A stretch of 64,000 nt of DNA from an uncultured Dehalococcoidia bacterium (GTDB taxonomy: Bacteria; Chloroflexota; Dehalococcoidia; Lucifugimonadales; UBA3495). The notes under the pieces were generated by a model, which saw nothing but the letters and a program-made list of their open reading frames with translations, searched no databases and was not told the origin of the DNA. The DNA lies in contig CATMOE010000001.1 in NCBI GenBank assembly GCA_950072105.1, positions 96,001 through 160,000 of the forward strand, read 5' to 3'. The translations under genes were made by a program, and so were the position numbers. Of the stretch, positions 32,333 to 41,205 are shown in pieces (positions within the stretch are counted from its first letter, which is position 1; every line of letters starts with the position of its first letter).

Positions 32333-33604
32333 CTACCCGTCTCCGCCCGCGCTTCCTGCGGCGGCGGTTGCCGGGGTCTTTGGCAAGGTGAAAGTGAAGC
32401 TGCTGCCCTTGCCCAGACCGCTCTCCACCCAGATTCGCCCTCCGTGGGCTTCCACTATTCCCAGAACGATGCTCAATCCCAACCCGGCGCCGCCCGAGCC
32501 TCTGGTGCGGGAAGGATCCACCCGGTAAGAGCGTTGGAAAATGTGGGACAACTCGCATTCTGGGATTCCCTCACCGGTATCCTTTACCTCCACCTGGACT
32601 TCCTCGCCCACATCGCGGGCTTGAATCGAGATGGTTCCGTCTGGCGGAGTGTGGCGTAAGGCGTTCTGCACCAGGTTGTAAAGCACCCGCTGCACCCGTT
32701 GTGGGTCAATGTCCACTGGGGAGAGTTCCTCGTCGACCTTGCCGCTCAAGGTGAGTTTTTGAGCACGGACTTGGGCCGACATGCTCTCCAGAGTGTCGGA
32801 GATCAGATCTTGGACCGAGGAAGTTTCTATTCGAAGCTCCAGCAGTCCGGCATCCAACTGGGCCAACTCGAACAGGTCGTTGATGAGCTGGTTCAGGTTC
32901 TCCACCTCGGTCTGGGTCGAGCGCATGTATCGTTTTACCGTCTCTTCGTCTGATACCACTCCATCATTGATGCTCTCCACCATTGCTTGGATAGACGCCA
33001 GAGGTGTTCGCAAGTCATGGGAAACCGCCTGCATCATCTCCCGGCGGTTCCGCTCCAACTCCCGCTCTTTGCTAAAGCTCTCCTCTAATCTTTGGGACAT
33101 ATCGTTAAACGCGGCGGCTAGCTCGCCCACTTCATCTGCCGTCGCCACGGGGACTTTGGCTTCCATGTTGCCGGCATTGAAGCTACGCACGGCGTCCAGC
33201 AACTCATGTATCGAATCGCTGACCGTACGAGACACGGAAAGGGCCACGAAAACCGACATGCCCAACGCAAAAGCCAGCAGACCGCCGAGCAATACCAAAT
33301 CATGGGGAGAGAGGAACATCAAAAACGCGGTAAAGCCCACGTTGAGCAACGCCAGAACCGCCGTCAAGACCGCCATCAAAACGATCTTGGCCCGTAACGA
33401 CCCTATCCAGCCGGGCAGATTCCAGCGGGTCAATCCTAGGGCCGCCGCGACGGTAAGGCCACCGGATGCAAGCAAGAACCCGGCCATCGCAACCAAATCA
33501 CTTAGGGGTGGTCTGAGCAACACTAGAGTGAGCAGCAGCAACAGTCCAGTTAGTCCCACCAACGTAGCCAAGGCCCCGGATATCGCGCGCCAACCCGGTC
33601 TCAT
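32333..33604 (-). CDS. HAMP-domain sensor histidine kinase
   Basis: SHDLRTPL, NLVQNALRH, DTGEGI, GAGLGL. Confidence 0.95.
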   Translation of the reverse strand: MRPGWRAISGALATLVGLTGLLLLLTLVLLRPPLSDLVAMAGFLLASGGLTVAAALGLTRWNLPGWIGSLRAKIVLMAVLTAVLALLNVGFTAFLMFLSPHDLVLLGGLLAFALGMSVFVALSVSRTVSDSIHELLDAVRSFNAGNMEAKVPVATADEVGELAAAFNDMSQRLEESFSKERELERNRREMMQAVSHDLRTPLASIQAMVESINDGVVSDEETVKRYMRSTQTEVENLNQLINDLFELAQLDAGLLELRIETSSVQDLISDTLESMSAQVRAQKLTLSGKVDEELSPVDIDPQRVQRVLYNLVQNALRHTPPDGTISIQARDVGEEVQVEVKDTGEGIPECELSHIFQRSYRVDPSRTRGSGGAGLGLSIVLGIVEAHGGRIWVESGLGKGSSFTFTLPKTPATAAAGSAGGDG

Positions 33605-34295
33605 GCCGGCGCCCCTTCAAACTTGTAGCCACTCCCCACACCGTTTTGATAAACTTTGGCCGTTCAGAATTAACTTCTACCTTTTCCCGGAGACGGCGGA
33701 TGTGTACCGTGACGGTACTTGAGTCGGCGGCAAAGGTGAAGTCCCATACCTGGTCCATCAACTGACTTCGGCTAAAAACCTGACCGTGGTTGGCGGCCAA
33801 GAATCGCAGCAGATCGAACTCCTTGGCCATCAGGTTCACTTCTTCTCCGCCAACGGTTACTTTCCGCCCTTGAGGATCAATGACCATCCCCCCTAAGCGA
33901 ATAGCGTCTCCGGAGACCTGAACGGGCGCGGCATCGACTCGCCGAAGCACTGCTTTGACTCTGGCCACCAACTCCCTTGGACTAAAGGGTTTTACCAAGT
34001 AGTCGTCGGCGCCCATCTCCAAGCCCACCACCCGGTCGGTCTCCTCACCTCTAGCGGTAAGCATGATGATGGGCACCTGGGATTCCCGGCGGAGTTGCCG
34101 GCACACTTCCAGACCGTCTATCGACGGGAGCATCAAGTCGAGCACGATCAGATTGGGGGCCCATTCCCGGGCCAGCCGCAAACCATCCGCTCCGTCGGCT
34201 GTTGATGCCACCTCATATCCTTCGCGGACGAGGTACCGCTCGACTACTTCGGTAACGGTCGGCTCATCATCAACTACGAGTATTCGATTGGCCAT
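33498..34295 (-). CDS. OmpR-family response regulator with an apparent 1-nt frameshift near the C-terminus
   Basis: ILVVDDE, DLMLP, GADDYLVKPF, VTVHIRRLREK, TVWGV then out of frame from the expected GYKF. Confidence 0.9.
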   Translation of the reverse strand: MANRILVVDDEPTVTEVVERYLVREGYEVASTADGADGLRLAREWAPNLIVLDLMLPSIDGLEVCRQLRRESQVPIIMLTARGEETDRVVGLEMGADDYLVKPFSPRELVARVKAVLRRVDAAPVQVSGDAIRLGGMVIDPQGRKVTVGGEEVNLMAKEFDLLRFLAANHGQVFSRSQLMDQVWDFTFAADSSTVTVHIRRLREKVEVNSERPKFIKTVWGVATSLKGRRHETGLARDIRGLGYVGGTNWTVAAAHSSVAQTTPK

Positions 34296-34520
34296 GGCTC
34301 CACAAACTCGCCCTTGAATCAGTCTTTTTAGGTGCGTTTCAGTATACACCGCAGCCCCCAGGCCGAATTTCCATCGAGTCTTGCTTAGAGACGTTACCAC
34401 CTAAACCTTGCCAGGGAATGAAGAATATTACGGAATTATTAACTAGGCGCGAACCAGGCTCAGAAACCTCGAACTGTAACCGCCAATCACTCCGTCCGAA
34501 AGAATTTCCTCACACCGGAA

Positions 34521-34545
34521 AATGTTAAGAATCTCGTAACATTCG
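34521..34545. promoter_or_regulatory. Putative regulator binding site in the divergent intergenic region
   Basis: aatgtta-N9-taacatt inverted repeat; also TAA cores 11 bp apart. Confidence 0.4.
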
Positions 34546-34603
34546 CAATGGTCCGGCAACATCTCCACCGGATACTTGAGCCATACAACCAGGAGGTGAT
34601 GCC

Positions 34604-35761
34604 TTGCTAACCCAAAAAGCCAGACGGATTCTACTCCCCGCAATCTCCGCGTTATTCCTCGCTCTCGTCCTAGCCTGTAGCGCAGAGACCGCTCCTGTAT
34701 CTCCCCAGCGTCAGCCCGTCAAAATTGTGACCGAAGCCACCACACCACAGGAGGTCACTTCGCCAGACACTATGGCAAAGACCGGCGAGTCTATGTCCGG
34801 CGAAACCATGGCCAAGACCGGCGAGTCCATGACCGATGAAACCATGGCCAAGACCGGTGAATCCATGTCCGGTGAAACCATAGAAATGGTTGGCTTCTCA
34901 GGGTACGAGACCTTGGTTCTGAACTTGTTCGATATTCAGCCCTTGCAGAACGGCTTCCACTATGAGGGCTGGGCAATCGTGGACGGAAAGCCCATTTCCA
35001 CCGGGAAGTTCAACGTCGGACCAGGCGGAGAGCTGGTCTCCCTTAACGGGTCGCCGATACCCCAAGGATCATTCGCAACCGGCGTGGACCTGAAAGATGC
35101 TACTGCGGTGATCATCACCATCGAACCCGCCGGAGACAATGACACCATCCCGGCCAGCACCCACTATTTGTCGGGGAGCGTCTCCGAGGCGCAAGTCAGC
35201 TTGAGCATCGGCCACGGCGCCGCTCTGGGCGATGATTTTTCCGGAGCCGCCGGGACTTACATCTTGGCCACGCCCACCGACGGGGACGGCAACAACGAAA
35301 ACAGCGGCATTTGGTTCTTGGACCTGTCAAGCGGAACACCAGCGGTGGGGCTAGACCTGCCAACGCTGCCCGACGGATGGGTCTATGAAGGATGGGTGGT
35401 CATCGACGGAACCCCGGTCAGCACCGGCAGGTTCACTCAGATCGGCCAAGGCGATCTGGCGGCGCCTTACAGCGGACCGGAAAGCGGCCCCTCTTTCCCC
35501 GGTGAGGACTTCCTCTTCAACGCGCCGGAGGGGCTAACGTTCCCGGTGGACCTGGCGGGAAAAGTAGCGGTGATCTCGGTTGAGCCGTCTCCCGACGACT
35601 CACCGGCGCCATTTGCCTTGAAGCCTTTGGTGAGCGTCATCCCCGCAAACGCGACTGACCACTTCAATTATTCCATCGGTACTCCAGAAGCGGCCTTTCC
35701 CAGAGGAAGCGCGAGCATCGACAGTGGCGACATGTCCAAGATAGTTCAAGCCAGCGGTTAG
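34604..35761 (+). CDS. Lipoprotein with Met-rich repeats and duplicated YEGW (RskA/anti-sigma-like) domains
   Basis: Lipobox VLAC; HYEGWAIVDGKPISTGKF and VYEGWVVIDGTPVSTGRF. Confidence 0.75.
   Translation: MLTQKARRILLPAISALFLALVLACSAETAPVSPQRQPVKIVTEATTPQEVTSPDTMAKTGESMSGETMAKTGESMTDETMAKTGESMSGETIEMVGFSGYETLVLNLFDIQPLQNGFHYEGWAIVDGKPISTGKFNVGPGGELVSLNGSPIPQGSFATGVDLKDATAVIITIEPAGDNDTIPASTHYLSGSVSEAQVSLSIGHGAALGDDFSGAAGTYILATPTDGDGNNENSGIWFLDLSSGTPAVGLDLPTLPDGWVYEGWVVIDGTPVSTGRFTQIGQGDLAAPYSGPESGPSFPGEDFLFNAPEGLTFPVDLAGKVAVISVEPSPDDSPAPFALKPLVSVIPANATDHFNYSIGTPEAAFPRGSASIDSGDMSKIVQASG
34769..34876 (+). repeat. 3 x 36-bp in-frame tandem repeat encoding TMAKTGESM(S/T)(G/D)E
   Basis: Directly visible in DNA and protein. 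Confidence 0.9.
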
Positions 35762-35814
35762 TCGAAGATCCGCTTAGACCTGCAGCCTATTCGAAGTAAG
35801 TTCGTCATGCTAGC

Positions 35815-35850
35815 GAAAGGGTCCGCGGAAATCCGCGGACCCTTTTCTTT
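35815..35850. terminator. Intrinsic terminator between convergent genes
   Basis: aaagggtccgcgga-aa-tccgcggaccctttt. Confidence 0.85.
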
Positions 35851-35907
35851 GCTGGATTCAGAATTTCGACCCGAAATAATTTCACTGACTGCTCCGGCCG
35901 TCAGCCT

Positions 35908-36951
35908 CTACCAGTACGGTTTCAGCACTAACTTCCCGAAGAAGTTCTGCCCTTCCATCGCCTGGTGGGCCGCGGCGGCTTCGGCCAGGGGATATACCTG
36001 GTGGACTACCGGGTGGATGACTCCCCGATTGAGCGTTGACGTGATCTCGTGCATGTCCTGCTTGGTGCCCATGAAGATACCGAATATCTCGATCTGCCGG
36101 CTGAACAAAAGCCCCAGATGAAGCTCGGTGCGCAGGCCCGTGGTAGCGCCGCAGATGCCGTAACGGCCGCCCGCCCTCAGGGAACCGAATGCCTTGGGGA
36201 AGAAATCGGCGCCAACGTGGTCAACCACCGCGTCGACTCCCCTGCCGCCGGTTAGTTCTCTGGCCCGTTCGGTGATGTCCTCTTCGTTGTAGTTAATGAC
36301 CTCATCGGCCCCCAATTCCCTGGCCTTGGCCGCTTTTTCCGGGGTGCTGGTGGTGGCGATCACCCGGGCGCCGATGGCCTTGGAAGCCACCTGAATCGCG
36401 GCGGTTCCCACACCGCCGGAGGCGGACAACACCAGCACCGTTTCCCAAGGCTTAAGTTGGATCTTCCGTAGGAGCATGTTCCAAACCGGCAAGTAGGTTG
36501 TTGGCACCGCCGCGGCCATCTCATAGGTAACGTCGTCGCCGATGGCGTGAACGTTGGCCGCTGGAACCGCAACGATCTCAGCGTAGCTGCCATCGATGGC
36601 GCTACCCATGAACTGGGGCCTGGGGCAAAGATCGTCATGTCCCGCCAGACAGGCCTGGCACTGCCCGCAAGTAATCTTGGGGTTGACCAACACCCGGTCT
36701 CCCACGCTAAAGCCGCGCACTTCTGAGCCAACCTCAGTTATCTGTCCGGCGCAGTCGCCGCCTAAGATCAAAGGCGGGGGGAACTCCCGTTGCAGGCCGC
36801 GGTCGCCGTTCCGAGTATAGAGGTCCAGCCGGTTCAGGCTTGATGCCCCTACTTGTATCTTTACCTGCTGGGGCAGTGTAGCCGGCTCGGGCCGTTCGCC
36901 GTGGGTCAGGACTTCAGGCCCGCCGTGGGCCTCTATATATACAGCTTGCAT
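35908..36951 (-). CDS. Zinc-binding alcohol dehydrogenase (MDR) family protein
   Basis: NRLD, ILGGDCAG, CGQCQAC..C, ASGGVG, FFGKLVL. Confidence 0.9.
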   Translation of the reverse strand: MQAVYIEAHGGPEVLTHGERPEPATLPQQVKIQVGASSLNRLDLYTRNGDRGLQREFPPPLILGGDCAGQITEVGSEVRGFSVGDRVLVNPKITCGQCQACLAGHDDLCPRPQFMGSAIDGSYAEIVAVPAANVHAIGDDVTYEMAAAVPTTYLPVWNMLLRKIQLKPWETVLVLSASGGVGTAAIQVASKAIGARVIATTSTPEKAAKARELGADEVINYNEEDITERARELTGGRGVDAVVDHVGADFFPKAFGSLRAGGRYGICGATTGLRTELHLGLLFSRQIEIFGIFMGTKQDMHEITSTLNRGVIHPVVHQVYPLAEAAAAHQAMEGQNFFGKLVLKPYW

Positions 36952-36990
36952 ATAAACGCGTCTCCGAATGTACTAGATGTCCATGCCATA

Positions 36991-37068
36991 GGTGGTTCGA
37001 CGAGTTCACCACGAAGGGAGGCAGTCTTCTTCCCGTTCGTCTTGAGCTTGTCAGAGGACCCTCACTCA
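36991..37068. repeat. REP-like element (GGTTCGACxAGxTCACC..CCGTTCGTCxTGAGCTTGTC family)
   Basis: ggtggttcgacgagttcaccacgaaggg ... cccgttcgtcttgagcttgtcagagga, imperfect inverted repeat. Confidence 0.6.
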
Positions 37069-37096
37069 GGATATTGAAATGACTTCTGGCAAGATC

Positions 37097-37315
37097 TCAA
37101 GGTCTTCGCCCAAAGTAGCAGTCATCACACAGGAACACAATAGCTAAGGCCTCTTCGTGGCTGCCCAGGCGGCCGCACCGGGGCACATCGGTGTCTCTGC
37201 TCCAGGGCTGGTGAAACTTCCCGCCGCACATCTGGCAGGTAGTTTGGTGCACCCCGTCCAGGTCATCGCCGCAGATGACACAAGACTCTGGCTCCAATTC
37301 TTCATTCGTTGCCAA
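37097..37315 (-). CDS. Small Cys/His-rich putative zinc-finger protein
   Basis: CVIC, CQMC, H..C, CDDC; overlaps the cca 3' end with its own RBS (AGGAGAG). Confidence 0.7.
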   Translation of the reverse strand: MATNEELEPESCVICGDDLDGVHQTTCQMCGGKFHQPWSRDTDVPRCGRLGSHEEALAIVFLCDDCYFGRRP

Positions 37316-38621
37316 ACCGCTCTCCTTGAGCCAGAAATTCCTGGGCCATTCGCCTTTCGTCTTCGACAGTGCTGATTTTCCCGTCTAACTTGGCGTTTCT
37401 CAGTTCTTTGAGTATTTTCCCTATCACAGGACCTTCCGGAACACCCAACGCCAGCAAGTCCCGTCCGTTCAGCTCCGGCGACAAGTACCGAAACTCTCTG
37501 AGATAACGTCCCAGCCGCTCTGCCGCCAGCGGTTCATCGGTCACCCCAGCCACCGTCAACACGGCGGCGTCAGTGTATGATTCGACCATTTCAACCACCT
37601 GGGACGCCGAGATCGACTGGACGGCCAATCGCGGTTCTAGTTGCCTTAATTCAACGGTATCCCGGACCAACCGAGCCCAATCTGAGGGCATGTTAAATCG
37701 GCTTATCACCCCTTCTGCATCGCCGGGCGTCAAAGGGTAACTCAGAGCTGACAGGTAAGAAAGCGAGGATCTGCTGCCGGGACTTTCACCGGCGCCGGGT
37801 TTATTGATCGAGTCCCGGATCGATTCTTGCACGATGGCCGCCGATCGTTCCACGGCTTTCGCCTGGGTAAGAGCAGGGTGTATTCCGGCTAAGATACCCA
37901 AACAAACAGACCGGGTAACGGCCAGTTCCGGGCGGTCTTCTTCAAATATTCTCTCCAGCTCATGGCGCAACCGGTCTCCGCTGACGGTGGACAGGCATCC
38001 ATTGACGACGGCTTCTTGGAGTCGGACCAGGGTACCGGCTTCGATGCGAAAACCCAAACGTTGCTCGTATCTCACCGCTCGCAGCAGACGCGTTGGGTCA
38101 TCGATAAAGCTTGCGTCACGCAACACGCGGACCACCCCAAGCCGCATGTCTTCGATGCCGCCATGGGGGTCCAAAATTTCTGGGCTTTCCTGGCCCAACG
38201 GAAGGGCCAGGGCGTTGATGGTGAAGTCCCGCCGGGCTAGGTCGTCGTCGATGCTGGATGGCGTCACGTCAGGAAGGGCGCCGGGGCTGCGGTAGGTTTC
38301 CCGCCGGGCCGTCACTAGATCGGTGGTTGCGTCTTCAATAACCACGGATGCGGTCCCAAAGCTGGGATGGACCACTAAACGGCCATCCATCTCCTCCGCC
38401 AGTCTGGCGGCCAACGACGGCGCGTCTCCTTCCAGAACGAAGTCCAGGTCTTTGATGGGCATTCCCATCAATATATCCCTGACCGGGCCTCCCACCAAAT
38501 ACAACGGAAGGGTTTGTTCAAGGGCTATTTCCCTTAGTTTCAGGAGGACCGAAAGGCTAGCGCCGGTTAAGCTGCGCAGTACAGCGTCAAAGGGGGCATG
38601 GATGTGAAGGGGATTCGGCGT
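37302..38621 (-). CDS. cca: CCA tRNA nucleotidyltransferase / poly(A) polymerase family
   Basis: LVGGPVRD, DLDF, FGTA, RRDFTINA, SFIDDPTRLLRAVRY; start proposed at ACG 38621. Confidence 0.88.
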   Translation of the reverse strand, partial: TPNPLHIHAPFDAVLRSLTGASLSVLLKLREIALEQTLPLYLVGGPVRDILMGMPIKDLDFVLEGDAPSLAARLAEEMDGRLVVHPSFGTASVVIEDATTDLVTARRETYRSPGALPDVTPSSIDDDLARRDFTINALALPLGQESPEILDPHGGIEDMRLGVVRVLRDASFIDDPTRLLRAVRYEQRLGFRIEAGTLVRLQEAVVNGCLSTVSGDRLRHELERIFEEDRPELAVTRSVCLGILAGIHPALTQAKAVERSAAIVQESIRDSINKPGAGESPGSRSSLSYLSALSYPLTPGDAEGVISRFNMPSDWARLVRDTVELRQLEPRLAVQSISASQVVEMVESYTDAAVLTVAGVTDEPLAAERLGRYLREFRYLSPELNGRDLLALGVPEGPVIGKILKELRNAKLDGKISTVEDERRMAQEFLAQGERFGNE

Positions 38622-38642
38622 GGAAAGCCTCCTACTCGCCGT

Positions 38643-38651
38643 ATTATAGCA
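38643..38651 (-). promoter_or_regulatory. Extended -10 promoter for cca
   Basis: Minus strand TGcTATAAT, followed by AGGAGG. Confidence 0.6.
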
Positions 38652-38694
38652 TGGTGGCCGGCAGATCCTTGTCTCGGAACCTGCCTCTAATGCT

Positions 38695-38723
38695 TTGACA
38701 ACGGTACCAGGGATGGATACAAT
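38695..38723 (+). promoter_or_regulatory. Sigma70 promoter for the DsbA-like/rnc genes
   Basis: TTGACA-17 nt-TACAAT. Confidence 0.75.
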
Positions 38724-38753
38724 CCAATCACGAAAACACCAGGAGGTACTATC

Positions 38754-39386
38754 GTGGCAGAGGCAAACTTCACGACTTATTACGATTTTCGTTGACCCTT
38801 CGTGTACAATGCCGCCATGTGGCTGGCAAAAGTTAGGGAAGCTAAGGACGAAGAAATCGAAGTCGATTGGCAACCCTTCTCTCTGTCCCAAGTGAACAGC
38901 GACAAAGAATCGGATATCAAGCTTTGGGAGCAGCCGGAGCATCTAGACGGCTCTGACCATACCTTCTTGGCTCACCGGTCCGGTCTTGCGGCCAAGCGAC
39001 AGGGTAAAGAGGCTTTTGAGTCCTTCTTTATCACTCTGCTCAAGGCACGGCACGAAGACAAAAAGGACCTGAACGACCCAGTGGTTATGGAAGAAGCCGC
39101 AATCACTGCCGGTTTGGATATGGCCCGCTTCCGCGAGGACCAGTCCGACCCTGACCTGCTCCGGGAAATCGGCGAAAGCCACACCAAGGCCATTGAAGAG
39201 GTCGGGGCCTTCGGAGTGCCTACATTCGTTTTTGGGGAAGGCAAGGCTGCTTTCCTTAAGATGTTCATTCCCCCGGACGAACAATGCGCCGAGATTTACG
39301 ATACGCTGATCAAGACCATGAGCGAATTCGCTCACGTGGGCGAACTCAAGCGCCCGCAGCCGCCCTGGCCTCATGGAGTCATCTAG
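38754..39386 (+). CDS. DsbA/FrnE-like thioredoxin-fold selenoprotein; Sec at TGA 38793-38795
   Basis: AGGAGG then GTG 38754: MAEANFTTYYDFR-TGA-PFVYNAAMWL, in frame with ORF 38802; cis-Pro motif AFGVPT; downstream hairpin. Confidence 0.85.
38810..38828 (+). promoter_or_regulatory. Putative bSECIS upper stem (DsbA-like)
   Basis: UGCC-GCC-AUGU-GGC-U-GGCA starting 14 nt after UGA, with a bulged U. Confidence 0.65.
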
Positions 39387-40098
39387 GGAAAAGTCACCAA
39401 CTGCCCAGCTCCTGGAATCGGCTTTAGGATTGAAGTTTCGAGACCGGGAGCTGTTGCGGCAGGCTTTGGTCCACAGGTCCCTACTGAATGAACAGGGGGG
39501 GCAACCTGAGGATTCCTACGAACGACTGGAATATCTAGGAGACGCCGTGCTAGAGCTTACCGTTTCGACGGAGCTCTTCCGGCGTTTCCCCGTTCTTAAC
39601 GAAGGGGCCCTGACCAAACTCAGATCCGCGCTGGTGCGCGGCGAGAGCTTGGCCAAAGTAGCGCGACGATTGAGCCTAGGGGACTTCCTCTTGCTAGGCA
39701 AAGGTGAGGAAAACTCGGGAGGCCGCCAGCGAGATTCCATCCTTGCCGCGGCGTTCGAGGCGGTGGTGGCGGCGGTGTATCTGGACCAAGGTTTCGACGA
39801 GGCAAGCCGTTTCGTGGCCCAGTCTCTGGACCCAGAGTTGCAACAGATCTCCCAGCAGGGCGCTCCTCCGGATAACCCCAAGTCCGACCTCCAAGAGCGC
39901 GTTCAAGCCATCGGTCTTTCAACACCTAAATACCGCCTGGCTTCCTGCGAAGGACCCGATCATAATCCCTTGTTCACTGTGGAAGTTCTAGTCGAAGGCG
40001 AGGTCGCCGGCGCCGGACAGGGAGGCAAGCGCTCCGACGCCGAGCAGTCCGCCGCCCGGGACGCTCTGTGCAGGACGTTCCCGACGCCAAGCTCCTGA
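39373..40098 (+). CDS. rnc: Ribonuclease III
   Basis: ERLEYLGDAVL, AFEAVVAAVYLDQG, dsRBD NPKSDLQE..GPDH..AEQSAA. Confidence 0.97.
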   Translation: MESSREKSPTAQLLESALGLKFRDRELLRQALVHRSLLNEQGGQPEDSYERLEYLGDAVLELTVSTELFRRFPVLNEGALTKLRSALVRGESLAKVARRLSLGDFLLLGKGEENSGGRQRDSILAAAFEAVVAAVYLDQGFDEASRFVAQSLDPELQQISQQGAPPDNPKSDLQERVQAIGLSTPKYRLASCEGPDHNPLFTVEVLVEGEVAGAGQGGKRSDAEQSAARDALCRTFPTPSS

Positions 40099-40179
40099 AA
40101 ATTAAGAACCTGCTCGAAACCCATCGCCGGGAATCAAATATCCAAGTAAATTTTGGTCAAACGAAGGTCCAGCCGCTCA

Positions 40180-41136
40180 ATGCTCAGAATCTTTAAGCGC
40201 AATCGCGATGAAAACAAGAAGCAGACCGCGGATGTGGTTCAGGCCAGCCGGGAACGCTGGTTTGGCCGGATCCTCGGCGTGCTCCGCTCCTCCCGTCTGG
40301 ACGACGCGGTCTGGGAGGAACTGGAGGAGATCCTCATCTCTTCCGACGTTGGCGTGGACGGCTCCCTTAGGATAATCGACGAACTCAAAACCAGGGTGAA
40401 AGAGGAAAAACTTGAAGACCCGGACCAGGTTTTCCAGATCCTGAAAGAATCGCTGGTAAGAGATTTGGAAGAAGGCCTAACCGGCGACCCATGGATGGAT
40501 TCGACGGAAGAGGCATCTCCTTATGTAATTCTGATGGTGGGGGTCAATGGGGTCGGTAAAACCACCAGCATCGCTAAGCTGGCCCACCATTTCAAGCAGG
40601 CCGGCAAGAAGGTCGTCCTCGGCGCGGCCGACACCTTCCGCGCAGCGGCGAAAGAACAATTGGAAATCCTTGCCGAGCGGGTGGGCGTAGATGTAATCAG
40701 CCACGGTTCAGGGGCTGATCCGGGCGCCGTGGCATACGACGCCTACCAGGCCAGCAAGGCCCGCGGCGCCGACGTGCTAATCATCGACACTGCCGGACGG
40801 TTGCACACCAAGTCCAACTTGATGGAAGAACTCCGGAAGATCAACCGGGTACTGCAACGGCTGGAGCCCACGGCGCCTCACCAAGTGATCCTGACCATGG
40901 ACGCTACGACTGGGCACAATGGTCTATCCCAGGCCAAGTCTTTCAAAGAATCGGTAAACTGTACCGGCATCTTCCTGGCCAAGCTGGACGGGACTGCCCG
41001 AGGCGGAATAGTCCTTGCCATCAAGCAGGAGCTGCAGGTACCGATTCTCTTCATCGGCACGGGGGAGGGCCTGGACGATCTGGCGCCCTTCGACACCAGG
41101 GACTTCGTTGACGCATTGTTGGCCCCGGTCAACTGA
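40180..41136 (+). CDS. ftsY: Signal recognition particle-docking protein FtsY
   Basis: [34 protein letters not shown]. Confidence 0.97.
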   Translation: MLRIFKRNRDENKKQTADVVQASRERWFGRILGVLRSSRLDDAVWEELEEILISSDVGVDGSLRIIDELKTRVKEEKLEDPDQVFQILKESLVRDLEEGLTGDPWMDSTEEASPYVILMVGVNGVGKTTSIAKLAHHFKQAGKKVVLGAADTFRAAAKEQLEILAERVGVDVISHGSGADPGAVAYDAYQASKARGADVLIIDTAGRLHTKSNLMEELRKINRVLQRLEPTAPHQVILTMDATTGHNGLSQAKSFKESVNCTGIFLAKLDGTARGGIVLAIKQELQVPILFIGTGEGLDDLAPFDTRDFVDALLAPVN

Positions 41137-41144
41137 GCCGGGTG

Positions 41145-41170
41145 CTCAGCTATCAGCTACCAGCGGTCAC
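41145..41170. repeat. Heptamer tandem repeat
   Basis: ctcagctatcagctaccagcggtcac. Confidence 0.6.
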
Positions 41171-41205
41171 CCAGTGGCCGTTGGGTAGCCTCTCGTTAAC
41201 GCAGC

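Noticed and set aside
32781..33722. 313-aa plus-strand ORF and many similar antisense ORFs
   Set aside because: Shadow ORFs opposite well-supported genes, expected at high GC.
34769..34876. 36-bp repeats as a CRISPR array
   Set aside because: Contiguous, no spacers, in-frame coding with codon-level variation; no cas genes.
38622..38942. Long N-terminal extension of cca in the ORF track
   Set aside because: Overlaps divergent promoters and the DsbA-like gene; unlikely to be translated.
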